Origin: a virus
Lineage: Duplodnaviria > Caudoviricetes
DNA: 64,000 bases
IMG/VR virus record: IMGVR_UViG_3300020187_001966
Direction: 5' to 3' (one strand)
Position 1 is the first letter of the stretch; each line of letters begins with the position of its first letter. Positions 1 to 8,806 of the stretch are shown piece after piece. Under the pieces are notes generated by a model. It did not search any database. It was given only the letters and a program-made list of their open reading frames with translations, and was not told where the DNA came from. A program made the position numbers and the translations under genes.

Positions 1-61
1 AACAGTAGGTGTAAACAACTACGACTGTTCAGGCGCTACAGTAGCAGACTTTACATTTTAA
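1..61 (+). CDS. 3' end of upstream gene (partial, ...TVGVNNYDCSGATVADFTF*)
   Basis: Open frame from position 2 to TAA at 59-61; continues beyond the window edge. Confidence 0.5.
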   Translation, partial: TVGVNNYDCSGATVADFTF

Positions 62-89
62 ATCAGTGAGAGAGACAGAGGAAATTTAA

Positions 90-557
90 ATGCCAAGAAA
101 AAAACCTGAGCAACTCAAATCAGCTGGAGCAACACCTGCTCCAACACCAACACCGGTAGCACCTGCTCCAGTAGCACCAACACCAGTAGCAACAGCACCG
201 GTAATACCAGTACAAGCACCAGTAGCACAAGCACCAGGTGTTTATCATCCAGCAGACACTAACGGAGACGGTAAAGTATCTGATGAAGAACTAGCAATGC
301 ACTTAGAGTTCAAACGTAAAGAATTTGAAGACGCAGATGCGATGCGTGATGCGCAACGTAAAATGGCTTGGTTTGCTTTAATGGGGATGTTACTATATCC
401 TTTTGCTGTTGTATTAGCAGTACTAGCAAACTTAGATCAAGCTGCTACAGTGTTAGGTAATATGGCCGCTACATACTTTGTATCAGTTGCCGCTATCGTT
501 GCTGCGTTCTTTGGTGGACAAGCATATGCTGGTAAATCAAGTAGTAAGAAAAGATAA
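90..557 (+). CDS. Membrane protein: Pro/Ala/Thr-rich N-terminus, single EF-hand, two C-terminal TM helices (holin-like)
   Basis: Canonical 12-residue EF-hand loop DTNGDGKVSDEE; two hydrophobic segments; SD GAGGA. Confidence 0.7.
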   Translation: MPRKKPEQLKSAGATPAPTPTPVAPAPVAPTPVATAPVIPVQAPVAQAPGVYHPADTNGDGKVSDEELAMHLEFKRKEFEDADAMRDAQRKMAWFALMGMLLYPFAVVLAVLANLDQAATVLGNMAATYFVSVAAIVAAFFGGQAYAGKSSSKKR

Positions 558-560
558 CAC

Positions 561-1121
561 ATGCAAGACTTTTATATCCTTCAACGTACACCTACAGCAC
601 TAAACAGTGAACAAGCAAAAAAATGGTTTTATACTATTGAGATGCTTGGTCCAGAAGGCATTATGGCTGGTGATGACGACACAACAACAAACTTAATGCT
701 AGGTATGCAAGATGAACAATATGTATACATACTACCATTGGTAAGACATCTTACTGGCAATGAAGCAGAACGTATTGTTGAAGGATATATGCGTGTTACT
801 GAACATGACTTTGAAATAGAAACCAGCAACGTATATCGTGCGGATGCTGATTTTGGACACCCATTTGAATACGATATTAATATCGAAGAAGATGCTAGAC
901 TAACATTATATAACTCAATGGCACGCCAACACCACAATAGTTGGATACAAGAGCGTCAGCAAAATGGATGGCGCTTTGGTCTTAATTTAGACTTAACAGA
1001 AAAAACACACCCAGCAATGCGTCCTTGGGATGACCTACCAGAAAGCTATCAACAACGGATGGCTGTAAAAGATAAAGAGCTTGTAGACTTTTACGCAAAA
1101 AATAAATCACAATTTACTTGA
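561..1121 (+). CDS. RyR (ryanodine-receptor repeat) domain protein
   Basis: C-terminal ARQHHNSWIQERQQNGWRFG...KTHPAMRPWDDLPE matches the RyR domain pattern (H..W......GW.YG......K.HP.L.PW..L). Confidence 0.8.
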   Translation: MQDFYILQRTPTALNSEQAKKWFYTIEMLGPEGIMAGDDDTTTNLMLGMQDEQYVYILPLVRHLTGNEAERIVEGYMRVTEHDFEIETSNVYRADADFGHPFEYDINIEEDARLTLYNSMARQHHNSWIQERQQNGWRFGLNLDLTEKTHPAMRPWDDLPESYQQRMAVKDKELVDFYAKNKSQFT

Positions 1122-1146
1122 CAACCAAGACGGCTTACTGTATAGT
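1118..1146 (+). promoter_or_regulatory. sigma70-type early promoter
   Basis: TTGACA(1118-1123)-17 nt-TATAGT(1141-1146), extended -10 TG. Confidence 0.85.
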
Positions 1147-1173
1147 AAGGACATATACATTCAGGAGAATCTT

Positions 1174-1452
1174 ATGTCAAACAATATGCCAGCCTACATT
1201 GTCACTAACCCTTGCTTAACCGGATTGCACACCAGCAAAGTGTTAACAAAACAAGAATATGCGTCTGCCCAAGAAATTTGGGGTAAGCAAGCATTTGTTG
1301 TTGCGCCTTTCTCAGAATCATTGTATAATACATTGTATGCGCAATTTACACAGTCAAAAGAATTTATCCACAACTTGCTACCTAAAATGAATTCTCCGCA
1401 GTTTATTGCTGCTCACCGCAAATTTTATAATAAAGTAACGCAAAATGTTTAA
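1174..1452 (+). CDS. Hypothetical protein
   Basis: SD AGGAGA, downstream of early promoter, overlaps next gene. Confidence 0.65.
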   Translation: MSNNMPAYIVTNPCLTGLHTSKVLTKQEYASAQEIWGKQAFVVAPFSESLYNTLYAQFTQSKEFIHNLLPKMNSPQFIAAHRKFYNKVTQNV

Positions 1453-2509
1453 TCAAAATCTAAATCGTATCGGGTTTGCGTGTAAATACATGCACCCGGA
1501 CCAAACGCAAAAGCCAAAGATACTTAAAGAAATACAGTCTAAGTATACAGAGCGTAGTACAACTATCACATGGCTTAACCGACAAACTCGTGAGGTAGCA
1601 GAGCAACGCTTATATGAGATTGCTTTTGATAACGTTACTAACTTAGAAAGGTTAATTAGATATGTTGGAAATTTACCAGAACAATTACGTATGGTACGTA
1701 TCGGGTCAAATTTGTTGCCTGCTTATACTCATGGTGATTGGGCTTATTTCTATAGGGAGCCAAGTCTCCAAGCACGGCTCGAGCGAGCATACTCGAGTGT
1801 TGGCGAAATTGCACGTGAGCTTGATGTACGCTTGTCTATGCATCCTGGTCAGTTTACCGTTCTTGCTTCCGATAATCCAGATGTTGTTGAGCGTAGTTTA
1901 GAGGAGTTTGAATACCATGCGGATATCATCAGGTGGATGGGTTACGGTCAGAAGTGGCAAGACTTCAAGTGTAACGTCCACATCTCCGGTAGACAAGGTC
2001 CAGCCGGTATCAAAGCCATCCTTCCAAGACTGTCTACAGAAGCAAGAAACTGTATCACTATCGAAAACGAAGAAAACGCCTGGGGACTCGACGCAACGCT
2101 AGAACTAGAAAAAGATGTTGCTCTTGTACTCGATATCCATCATCATTGGGTGAACAGTGGCGGTGAATATATTAGACCCGACGATGACAGAGTAAAACGT
2201 ATTATTGATAGTTGGCGTGGTGTTCGTCCTGCGATGCACTACAGTGTTAGTCGTGAAGATTTATTGCTTGAACACTCTAGAACACACAAGCCAGACTTTC
2301 CAGAACTTGAAGAGCAAGGCTTTAAGAAGGGAAAACTAAGAGCGCATTCAGACTATTTGTGGAATGATGCTGTAAATGACTGGGCACTCTCACATTGGCA
2401 GTGGGCTGATATTATGGTAGAAGCAAAATGTAAAAACTTAGCAAGTAACCAACTACTACAGCGTCATTTTATGAATACTGATGCGTTTACTGGAAAGATT
2501 GCAGCATGA
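1445..2509 (+). CDS. uvsE: UV-damage endonuclease (UvdE/UvsE family)
   Basis: RIGFACKY, RLSMHPGQFTVL, ITIENEEN, LVLDIHHHW, AMHYS, RAHSDY, DIMVEAK motifs. Confidence 0.92.
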   Translation: MFNQNLNRIGFACKYMHPDQTQKPKILKEIQSKYTERSTTITWLNRQTREVAEQRLYEIAFDNVTNLERLIRYVGNLPEQLRMVRIGSNLLPAYTHGDWAYFYREPSLQARLERAYSSVGEIARELDVRLSMHPGQFTVLASDNPDVVERSLEEFEYHADIIRWMGYGQKWQDFKCNVHISGRQGPAGIKAILPRLSTEARNCITIENEENAWGLDATLELEKDVALVLDIHHHWVNSGGEYIRPDDDRVKRIIDSWRGVRPAMHYSVSREDLLLEHSRTHKPDFPELEEQGFKKGKLRAHSDYLWNDAVNDWALSHWQWADIMVEAKCKNLASNQLLQRHFMNTDAFTGKIAA

Positions 2510-3240
2510 GAGACCACGAACTAAATGATAATGATTTGCAAGAATTCTCAACTGCTGAACATAAATTTAAATGTGTCCCTAATCAAACTAGCAACTATGA
2601 TGTTTTTAGATTAGCAAATCCTCAACTTACTGATGGCAGTACATTTGCTATTTGGGATTATTACCGTACACTGTTTATTAATGCAAAACTAACTGGCGAA
2701 GGTCTATCAAGTTTCCGTCAGACACTACAGCGTTTTATTGAAAGCAAGCCATATAAAGATGATGTAGAAGCAACTGATAGAGCAAATGATATTAATCGTT
2801 ACATTGGACTAGCACGTTGGCTTGAGTTACAATTCAATGTAGATACTACTATTGACCAACTTAGTGAAAGTTGGGACAGACAACGACTAGAAAAAGAATC
2901 AAGACGTATTCAGGGTACAATACCATTTAATAACTATGTTAGTTACTTTACAAAAGACCCACAACAAAAATTAAAAGATCCAAAAGATTACGACACTCGT
3001 AAATTACTTGTACGTAGTGTGTATGCGTATACTCACAAACAAATTCGTTGGTATATTTGTGCAAGTGAATATGGTGCTGTAAAAGTTTGGGTACATACAA
3101 AGCATAATCCATTTATAGACTGGTTTGAAAATCGTATTAACAATGGCGTAGAAATTAATGTTGTTACTAGTAAAATATTGTGTAACATTGATGACTCTAC
3201 ACCTTATATTAAGATAGAAAATTTCTTTGTAGACAACTAA
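2506..3240 (+). CDS. Hypothetical protein
   Basis: 244-aa ORF, ATGA-coupled to uvsE. Confidence 0.7.
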   Translation: MRDHELNDNDLQEFSTAEHKFKCVPNQTSNYDVFRLANPQLTDGSTFAIWDYYRTLFINAKLTGEGLSSFRQTLQRFIESKPYKDDVEATDRANDINRYIGLARWLELQFNVDTTIDQLSESWDRQRLEKESRRIQGTIPFNNYVSYFTKDPQQKLKDPKDYDTRKLLVRSVYAYTHKQIRWYICASEYGAVKVWVHTKHNPFIDWFENRINNGVEINVVTSKILCNIDDSTPYIKIENFFVDN

Positions 3241-3243
3241 ATA
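3237..3243 (+). promoter_or_regulatory. Putative T4-type late promoter variant (CTAAATA), 5 nt before ATG
   Basis: CTAAATA then ATG at 3249, no SD. Confidence 0.45.
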
Positions 3244-3248
3244 TTCAC

Positions 3249-3818
3249 ATGAAAAACTTAGCATTTGGTGCCGCCTTCATTTTAGCTGGATGTTCGGCTA
3301 CCCCCGTTCTCGACTCTGTGGTTACAGCACAACCTTATCTTGGATTAGAAGAAAGATCACACAGAGCAGAACTAAAAGAACTGTTGGATGTAGATCCTGT
3401 ACGTACAGAATGGTGTGCGGCATTTGTTAATAGTGTATTAGAAATAGACGGTATTCCCAATCTAAACGATCAAACAAAATACCCTCCGCTTATGGCAAGA
3501 AGTTTTTTATATTGGGGCGATCGTGTAGAACCTGGAGATATACAACGTGGAGATGTTGTTGTGTTTCCAAGAGGCAACTCGGGTTGGAAAGGACACGTAG
3601 GATTCTATGTTGACACACAGACGCACAACGGCCGAGAATATTGGATTGTACTAGGTGGTAATCAAAGGAATGAAGTGAGATACGACTTCTATCTGCCTAA
3701 TAGAGCATTGGGAATACGTAGATATCCGATAAATACTACTAGTCCACGGAGGACTTTATGGGGATTCAACCCCGTAGACTTAGAACGTCAAGGAGAAAAC
3801 AAATGGGAAGACCACTAA
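3249..3818 (+). CDS. TIGR02594-like NlpC/P60-CHAP peptidoglycan peptidase, predicted lipoprotein
   Basis: Lipobox LAGC; catalytic motifs WCAAFVN and GHVGFY; VLGGNQ. Confidence 0.85.
   Translation: MKNLAFGAAFILAGCSATPVLDSVVTAQPYLGLEERSHRAELKELLDVDPVRTEWCAAFVNSVLEIDGIPNLNDQTKYPPLMARSFLYWGDRVEPGDIQRGDVVVFPRGNSGWKGHVGFYVDTQTHNGREYWIVLGGNQRNEVRYDFYLPNRALGIRRYPINTTSPRRTLWGFNPVDLERQGENKWEDH
3729..3778 (+). promoter_or_regulatory. Late promoter (ATAAATA 3729-3735) followed by two leader hairpins
   Basis: AGTCC-acgga-GGACT (3741-3755); TTTATGGGG-attcaa-CCCCGTAGA (3755-3778); SD AGGAGA at 3791. Confidence 0.6.
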
Positions 3819-4258
3819 ACAAACGATATTTTGCCAAAGCTGATGTAGGACCAACAGCTGCAGGTAACGAAATTAAAGTATCCTTTCATAATGGCACAGC
3901 CGTTAAAGAAGGATTTATTGTAAAACAAAAAGGATCTAAAAGATTCGTATGCTCGGAAATCGGAGCAGCTGATACTTTACATACTTGTACACTAGCAGCT
4001 GACAAACTACCAGCGGCACTAGTAGACGGTGAAATGGCTATTTCATTCAAAATGGATGATGGTGAAACATATTCAGTAAGTAAAATTGCTGGACGTAAGG
4101 TTACATTGTCAGCACCAAGTGCTACAGGCGCAAATACTTATGACGGCGTAAGCGTAGCATGGGGCTTTGGTAACTATACAGATCAAGCAATGATTGAAGA
4201 AGCTGGTGACGATGATGCAGCAGGCGTTGATGACGACGACTTTACAGAAGACGCATAA
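3803..4258 (+). CDS. Putative virion structural protein (MGRPLNKRYF...)
   Basis: Start moved to ATG 3803 behind SD AGGAGA; late promoter; acidic tail. Confidence 0.65.
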   Translation: MGRPLNKRYFAKADVGPTAAGNEIKVSFHNGTAVKEGFIVKQKGSKRFVCSEIGAADTLHTCTLAADKLPAALVDGEMAISFKMDDGETYSVSKIAGRKVTLSAPSATGANTYDGVSVAWGFGNYTDQAMIEEAGDDDAAGVDDDDFTEDA

Positions 4259-4269
4259 TTAAACTAACT

Positions 4270-4314
4270 AACGCCCTTGGATAAATACTTTATAATAGTA
4301 ATACTGAGGGCGTT
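4270..4314 (+). promoter_or_regulatory. Inverted repeat enclosing a late promoter and pairing with the RBS of the next gene
   Basis: AACGCCCTTGG(4270-4280)/CTGAGGGCGTT(4304-4314); ATAAATA at 4281-4287; ATG at 4318. Confidence 0.65.
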
Positions 4315-4317
4315 TTT

Positions 4318-4695
4318 ATGAAAATAAATGAAGTTACACAAATAGTCGAAAAGACTGAAATTACTCTAGAAGATACACAAGACTTCCACGAAGAGTTTGG
4401 ATATCTGGCATACAGTATAGACGAAGGCGATCTATTTGAAGCAGAGTACCAAGGACGTAAAGTTAAACTAAACAAGCCAATGCGTGGTGATGTTAAGAAG
4501 TTTAAAGTATATGTAAAAGATGGCGACAAAGTAAAAAAAGTAAACTTTGGTCACGGCGGCACAAGTGCTAAACGTCCAACAATGCGTATACGCAAAAGCA
4601 ATCCAAAAGCACGTAAGAGTTTTAGAGCAAGACATAATTGCGATAATCCAGGACCAAAGACCAAGGCAAGATATTGGAGTTGCAGGGCCTGGTGA
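4318..4695 (+). CDS. Putative head-internal protein with basic Cys/Trp C-terminal domain
   Basis: N-terminus MKINEVTQIVE; after LFE a K/R-rich domain ending RHNC...RYWSCRAW. Confidence 0.7.
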   Translation: MKINEVTQIVEKTEITLEDTQDFHEEFGYLAYSIDEGDLFEAEYQGRKVKLNKPMRGDVKKFKVYVKDGDKVKKVNFGHGGTSAKRPTMRIRKSNPKARKSFRARHNCDNPGPKTKARYWSCRAW

Positions 4696-5315
4696 TGCAT
4701 TATACTATCTATAAAATAACTAACCAGATAAATGGAAAATATTACATTGGTAGGCACGCTACTAAAGATGTAAATGACTCCTATATGGGTAGTGGTATAG
4801 GCATTAAAAATGCTATTGCAAAGTACGGTGTTGAAAACTTTACTAAAGAAATTATTGCAACAGCAGACAATACAGATGCACTATGGGACTTAGAATTAAA
4901 AATCGTCAACGAAGATGTAGTGAAAGATACTATGTCTTACAATATGTCGTACGGTGGAAAGCATTACTTACATGGATTAAAACAATACGATTACGATGCA
5001 TTTATAGAGCATCAGCGCAAAGCAGGACAGCAATATGCTAAAAACTTTACAGGAAATTCTAAAGAATGGCATGCCAAGGGCGGTTCTAAAAGTTCTCGTA
5101 TGCGTAGCGAACAATACACGTATCGCATTACTACAAACGAAGGCGTAGAATATATTGTAAACGGTTTAGAATTTAAAGAACTATGTGCAGAGAAAGACTG
5201 GAACTATAATACCTTACACTGGAAGAAAAGCATGGGTAAATATATTAGTAGAGGCAAGCACAAAGGCTTCTTAGTAGAACAACTTAGTACGTATAAGCAG
5301 GAAGTGGTAACATGA
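4695..5315 (+). mobile_element. Free-standing GIY-YIG homing endonuclease (Seg-like)
   Basis: YTIYKITNQINGKYYIGRH...YMGSG...KYGVENFTKEII; TGATG coupling puts the start at 4695. Confidence 0.85.
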
Positions 5316-6457
5316 AAGCAACTGATTTAAACCTGAGTGAAATGCCAGCAATGACTTTACATGGTCCAGATGGGTTCGGACTTACACAATATAGTGGTGA
5401 TGAATATGCCCTAGTAGGCGGCTTTAGAGACGGAGCAAGTAACGCTGGTGAGTTGAGACTAAAGTATCAAATATATAGTCACGCTCTTATTGATGCTAAT
5501 GGCGGTGATTTTGCTAAAGGTGAAATTGGTTATTGTGTTGTAAGAGTAGCAAGTGATGATGGACCAGACCAAGGTGAAATTTTAGGTTTGATTGATATTG
5601 AACTAAAACCAAAGTATAGAAAAAGCGGACACGGCAAAAAGATTGTACGTGATATTGTTGATACAACAAAGTCAGGCAATTTAGATATACACGACATTCA
5701 AAAGAAAGCCAAGAAGTTCTGGGACAAGATGGGTGTTGAGTATGATGCGAAAAAGCCGGGCGCTAAGAATGCAGTACTTAGAAAACAATCTGAAAGTGTA
5801 CTAGACGAAGATATAGCTAGTGTTGCTGAAGTTACGGCTATGGCGGCAGTAGCAGGACTAGCCGCACCAGTAATGATGGCTATGCTTAAAGCGGCATACA
5901 AAACTGGAAAAGGTATTAACGCTATTAGAAAAATCGCAAATCGTGCAGGTGTTAAACTTGCTGATCGTGTAATGGGCGAAGAGCTAGAAGACTTTAATAA
6001 AGACGAACCAAACAAAAGTACAGTAGCAGTGCCTGGATATGGTACTATGAATGTTGATAGTTTGATGAAGAACATTGTTGACCAAACTACACAAATGGTA
6101 AAGCAAATGCAAGCTGGTACACAAGGATTTCGCAATGCTGATTATGCTTTAAATAGTAATAAAGTATTAGCAACCAAAGTAGCAGCATTAGTAAAAGCAC
6201 TAGATGACTTACAAGCAATACGTGCCAAAGGTGGTGCTAACAGTAAAAATATTCAACAAGAAGCAGAAGAAGAACAACAAGCTCTTCCAATTGACGTAAA
6301 CAAAATTATGGGTAATATACAAGAGTTTGAAAGTAAGAAATACATTAATCCAGAAGATGCTGATCTAATGAGACGTGGTGTACAAAGTTTAGCAACACCA
6401 AGACAAACAGTAAACCCTAATGCTATATTACAATTACTAACAATGGTAACAAGATGA
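5312..6457 (+). CDS. Putative internal protein with GNAT acetyltransferase domain
   Basis: MKATDLNLSE N-terminus; LIDIELKPKYRKSGHGKKIV resembles GNAT acetyl-CoA motif A. Confidence 0.6.
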   Translation: MKATDLNLSEMPAMTLHGPDGFGLTQYSGDEYALVGGFRDGASNAGELRLKYQIYSHALIDANGGDFAKGEIGYCVVRVASDDGPDQGEILGLIDIELKPKYRKSGHGKKIVRDIVDTTKSGNLDIHDIQKKAKKFWDKMGVEYDAKKPGAKNAVLRKQSESVLDEDIASVAEVTAMAAVAGLAAPVMMAMLKAAYKTGKGINAIRKIANRAGVKLADRVMGEELEDFNKDEPNKSTVAVPGYGTMNVDSLMKNIVDQTTQMVKQMQAGTQGFRNADYALNSNKVLATKVAALVKALDDLQAIRAKGGANSKNIQQEAEEEQQALPIDVNKIMGNIQEFESKKYINPEDADLMRRGVQSLATPRQTVNPNAILQLLTMVTR

Positions 6458-6654
6458 AAATCTCTCAGATTATATCAGAAGCAGGTGTTGGTAAGATAAC
6501 CAAATATAACACTACAGTAGATGTTAAGCCTGGCGAAACAGAACGTCAAGCAGCTAAGTTTTTCCCAATGAACAAAGGCGGAAAACCAAAGCCTCTTGGT
6601 GTTCCTGGTGCTACTCCTAATCAAGCATTTAATTTAGGACTAACTAAAACATGA
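6454..6654 (+). CDS. Small putative internal protein
   Basis: MKISQIISE|AGVGKITK; ATGA coupling on both sides. Confidence 0.7.
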   Translation: MKISQIISEAGVGKITKYNTTVDVKPGETERQAAKFFPMNKGGKPKPLGVPGATPNQAFNLGLTKT

Positions 6655-8591
6655 AGATCGATCAAATCACAGAAAACATGAGTCATACTAGTAAACGACT
6701 ACATGACATTGAAAAGGAAAAGGGTGTAAAGCCTGGTACTCCTGAGTGGTTTAAACTGTGGTTTAGTTTACCTTACCTTAAAGAAAGCACAGTTGTAGAA
6801 GGTTACAAACTACAATTAGAACGTGATACTGATATGATGGTATTAAATATTGTTGACACTGCTACAGGCAAGCGTACAGAAGTTCGTGGCAAGGCAGGCT
6901 ATGAGACTAACGGTTATGATAAAAATGACAAACTACATCAGTTACTAGATAAAATTAGTAAAACTGCTAATATCAGTGAACTAATGAACGGTGAACCTGT
7001 TGGTATCAACCCTAAACACCCAGACGGTGCTAGTGCAAAGAAAGCAACGACTAAAGCATTCAATGAAGCAAAAGATGGTCTACCAGTTAAAACACTCAAA
7101 GGATTATACCATGTCGGCACGATGGATTCATCTGAGAAGCGTGATGGCTTCGAGGGTGCAGGATTAAGCGTAAGTACACATCCTGATGCTTGGAAGCAGA
7201 TTGCTAGAGGTCACGTAACAGGTGATACTCACAGTGCTACAAAAGAAGGCAATAAATTCTTAGATGTACATAGTCTTTCAGACGCACACAATAAACAAAT
7301 CAAACAATGGGCAATCGAAAATGGCTACTTAGAACAGCAAGAAACTGTTACAGTATGTTACTATGATGATGAAATGGAAGATGATCTTTGTTCAACTTTC
7401 GACTCAATGGCAGATGCCGAAGCAGAGTATGATGAAGAACTAAAGCATATGGATGTAACAGTAGACAAGGGCGGCATTGTTCCTACTGATAAGCTGAAAA
7501 AAGAAACAAGACAAAATCGTATAGATTCAACAGGTGTGCTAGAGTTTGTACTACCAATATTTGCAGAACAACAAGGACTCGACGGTGTTTGGTGGCAAGA
7601 TAACCTAGATGTCCAGCGATATTCGGCACCACGTGGTGTTATTGTTCCTAGCAAGATTAAGTCTTGGAAGTTCACAGTTAACGAATCAATTACAGAAGCA
7701 TTTGATAATCCTTATTCATATTATTGGGATGATACATATAACGGCGATGACTCTTTTCTAGCTAAAGCTGAAATGGATATGGGCGAACTAATGGTTATGT
7801 TTTCAGTAGGCGAGCCAGGTGAAAGTTGGACTATTGACTTTGCGGTAGACGGATCAATGGACAAAACAGGTGACGGAGATCAGTTTAGAATCTTTGCTAC
7901 AGTAGTTGCAGTTATAAAAGACTGGATGGCTAATAAGGTAGATTTATCTAAAGTAACACAAATTGATTTTAGTTCTGACAAGGACGGCGAGGCAGAAGAT
8001 AGTAGAGCTAAACTATACAAACGTTTTGGTCAACAACTAGCAAGTAAACTTGGATGGAATTTAGAAGTCACAGATAGAGGACAATTTGCTTCCTTTAAGA
8101 TTAAGAATCCAAATGCTCCTGTGAAAGAAGCAGTTAATGAAGCAATAGAAATGAAAATTAGCGACTTGACTATCAGTGATGCTGGTATGGCAATCGCACA
8201 ATCAGTAGGTGGTGGAAGTAGAACAGATGCTCCGTTGGCAGTTACAAAACTTCCATCAGGCCATGTATATCTGGTAAATGGGTATCATAGATTAGTAGAT
8301 GCTATGCAGGCTGGCAAAGATACTGTATCGGTAGAATATGTTCCATATGAAAAAGTAGAAATACTTTGGAAACAAGAACGTGAACAAGATATCAAATACG
8401 GTAAACAGTTTAACGAAAACTTCGCAGACGGTAAAGTAAAAGGCAAAAGCAGACCAGGCAGAGTAAAGAAGTCAGGTGCTAGTTGTAATGGTAGCGTAAC
8501 AGAATTACGAGCAAAAGCAAAAAAAGCCAGCGGTGAGAAAGCAAAGATGTATCACTGGTGTGCCAACATGAAAGCTGGTAAGAAGAAATGA
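6651..8591 (+). CDS. Multi-module putative internal polyprotein (ART-like, ParB/Srx-like and basic modules)
   Basis: Modules bounded by ITE/LKE/FNE/VNE/VKE; LYHVGT...GLSVS (ART-like); VYLVNGYHRL (ParB-N-like). Confidence 0.6.
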   Translation: MKIDQITENMSHTSKRLHDIEKEKGVKPGTPEWFKLWFSLPYLKESTVVEGYKLQLERDTDMMVLNIVDTATGKRTEVRGKAGYETNGYDKNDKLHQLLDKISKTANISELMNGEPVGINPKHPDGASAKKATTKAFNEAKDGLPVKTLKGLYHVGTMDSSEKRDGFEGAGLSVSTHPDAWKQIARGHVTGDTHSATKEGNKFLDVHSLSDAHNKQIKQWAIENGYLEQQETVTVCYYDDEMEDDLCSTFDSMADAEAEYDEELKHMDVTVDKGGIVPTDKLKKETRQNRIDSTGVLEFVLPIFAEQQGLDGVWWQDNLDVQRYSAPRGVIVPSKIKSWKFTVNESITEAFDNPYSYYWDDTYNGDDSFLAKAEMDMGELMVMFSVGEPGESWTIDFAVDGSMDKTGDGDQFRIFATVVAVIKDWMANKVDLSKVTQIDFSSDKDGEAEDSRAKLYKRFGQQLASKLGWNLEVTDRGQFASFKIKNPNAPVKEAVNEAIEMKISDLTISDAGMAIAQSVGGGSRTDAPLAVTKLPSGHVYLVNGYHRLVDAMQAGKDTVSVEYVPYEKVEILWKQEREQDIKYGKQFNENFADGKVKGKSRPGRVKKSGASCNGSVTELRAKAKKASGEKAKMYHWCANMKAGKKK

Positions 8592-8806
8592 AGATGTTTT
8601 TTAAAAAGTGGTGGCGCAGTATGTTTCCACAATATATACTTGAAGTAAAACATCGTGGCGTTGAGCGCCGCATACATGTAGTAAAATTTCATAAGAAGAA
8701 TATGAAACGATTGGCAGGTATAAATGTTCATGGTGAGACCTTTGAACTAATGAGTAAAGAACCAATGGATTACTATGTAGTAGAATACAGGGATGATTTA
8801 AGATGA
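8588..8806 (+). CDS. Hypothetical protein
   Basis: 72 aa, ATGA-coupled on both sides. Confidence 0.65.
   Translation: MKMFFKKWWRSMFPQYILEVKHRGVERRIHVVKFHKKNMKRLAGINVHGETFELMSKEPMDYYVVEYRDDLR

Noticed and set aside
90-557. 2-TM protein as a potassium channel
   Set aside because: No TxGYG selectivity filter or pore helix between the TM segments.
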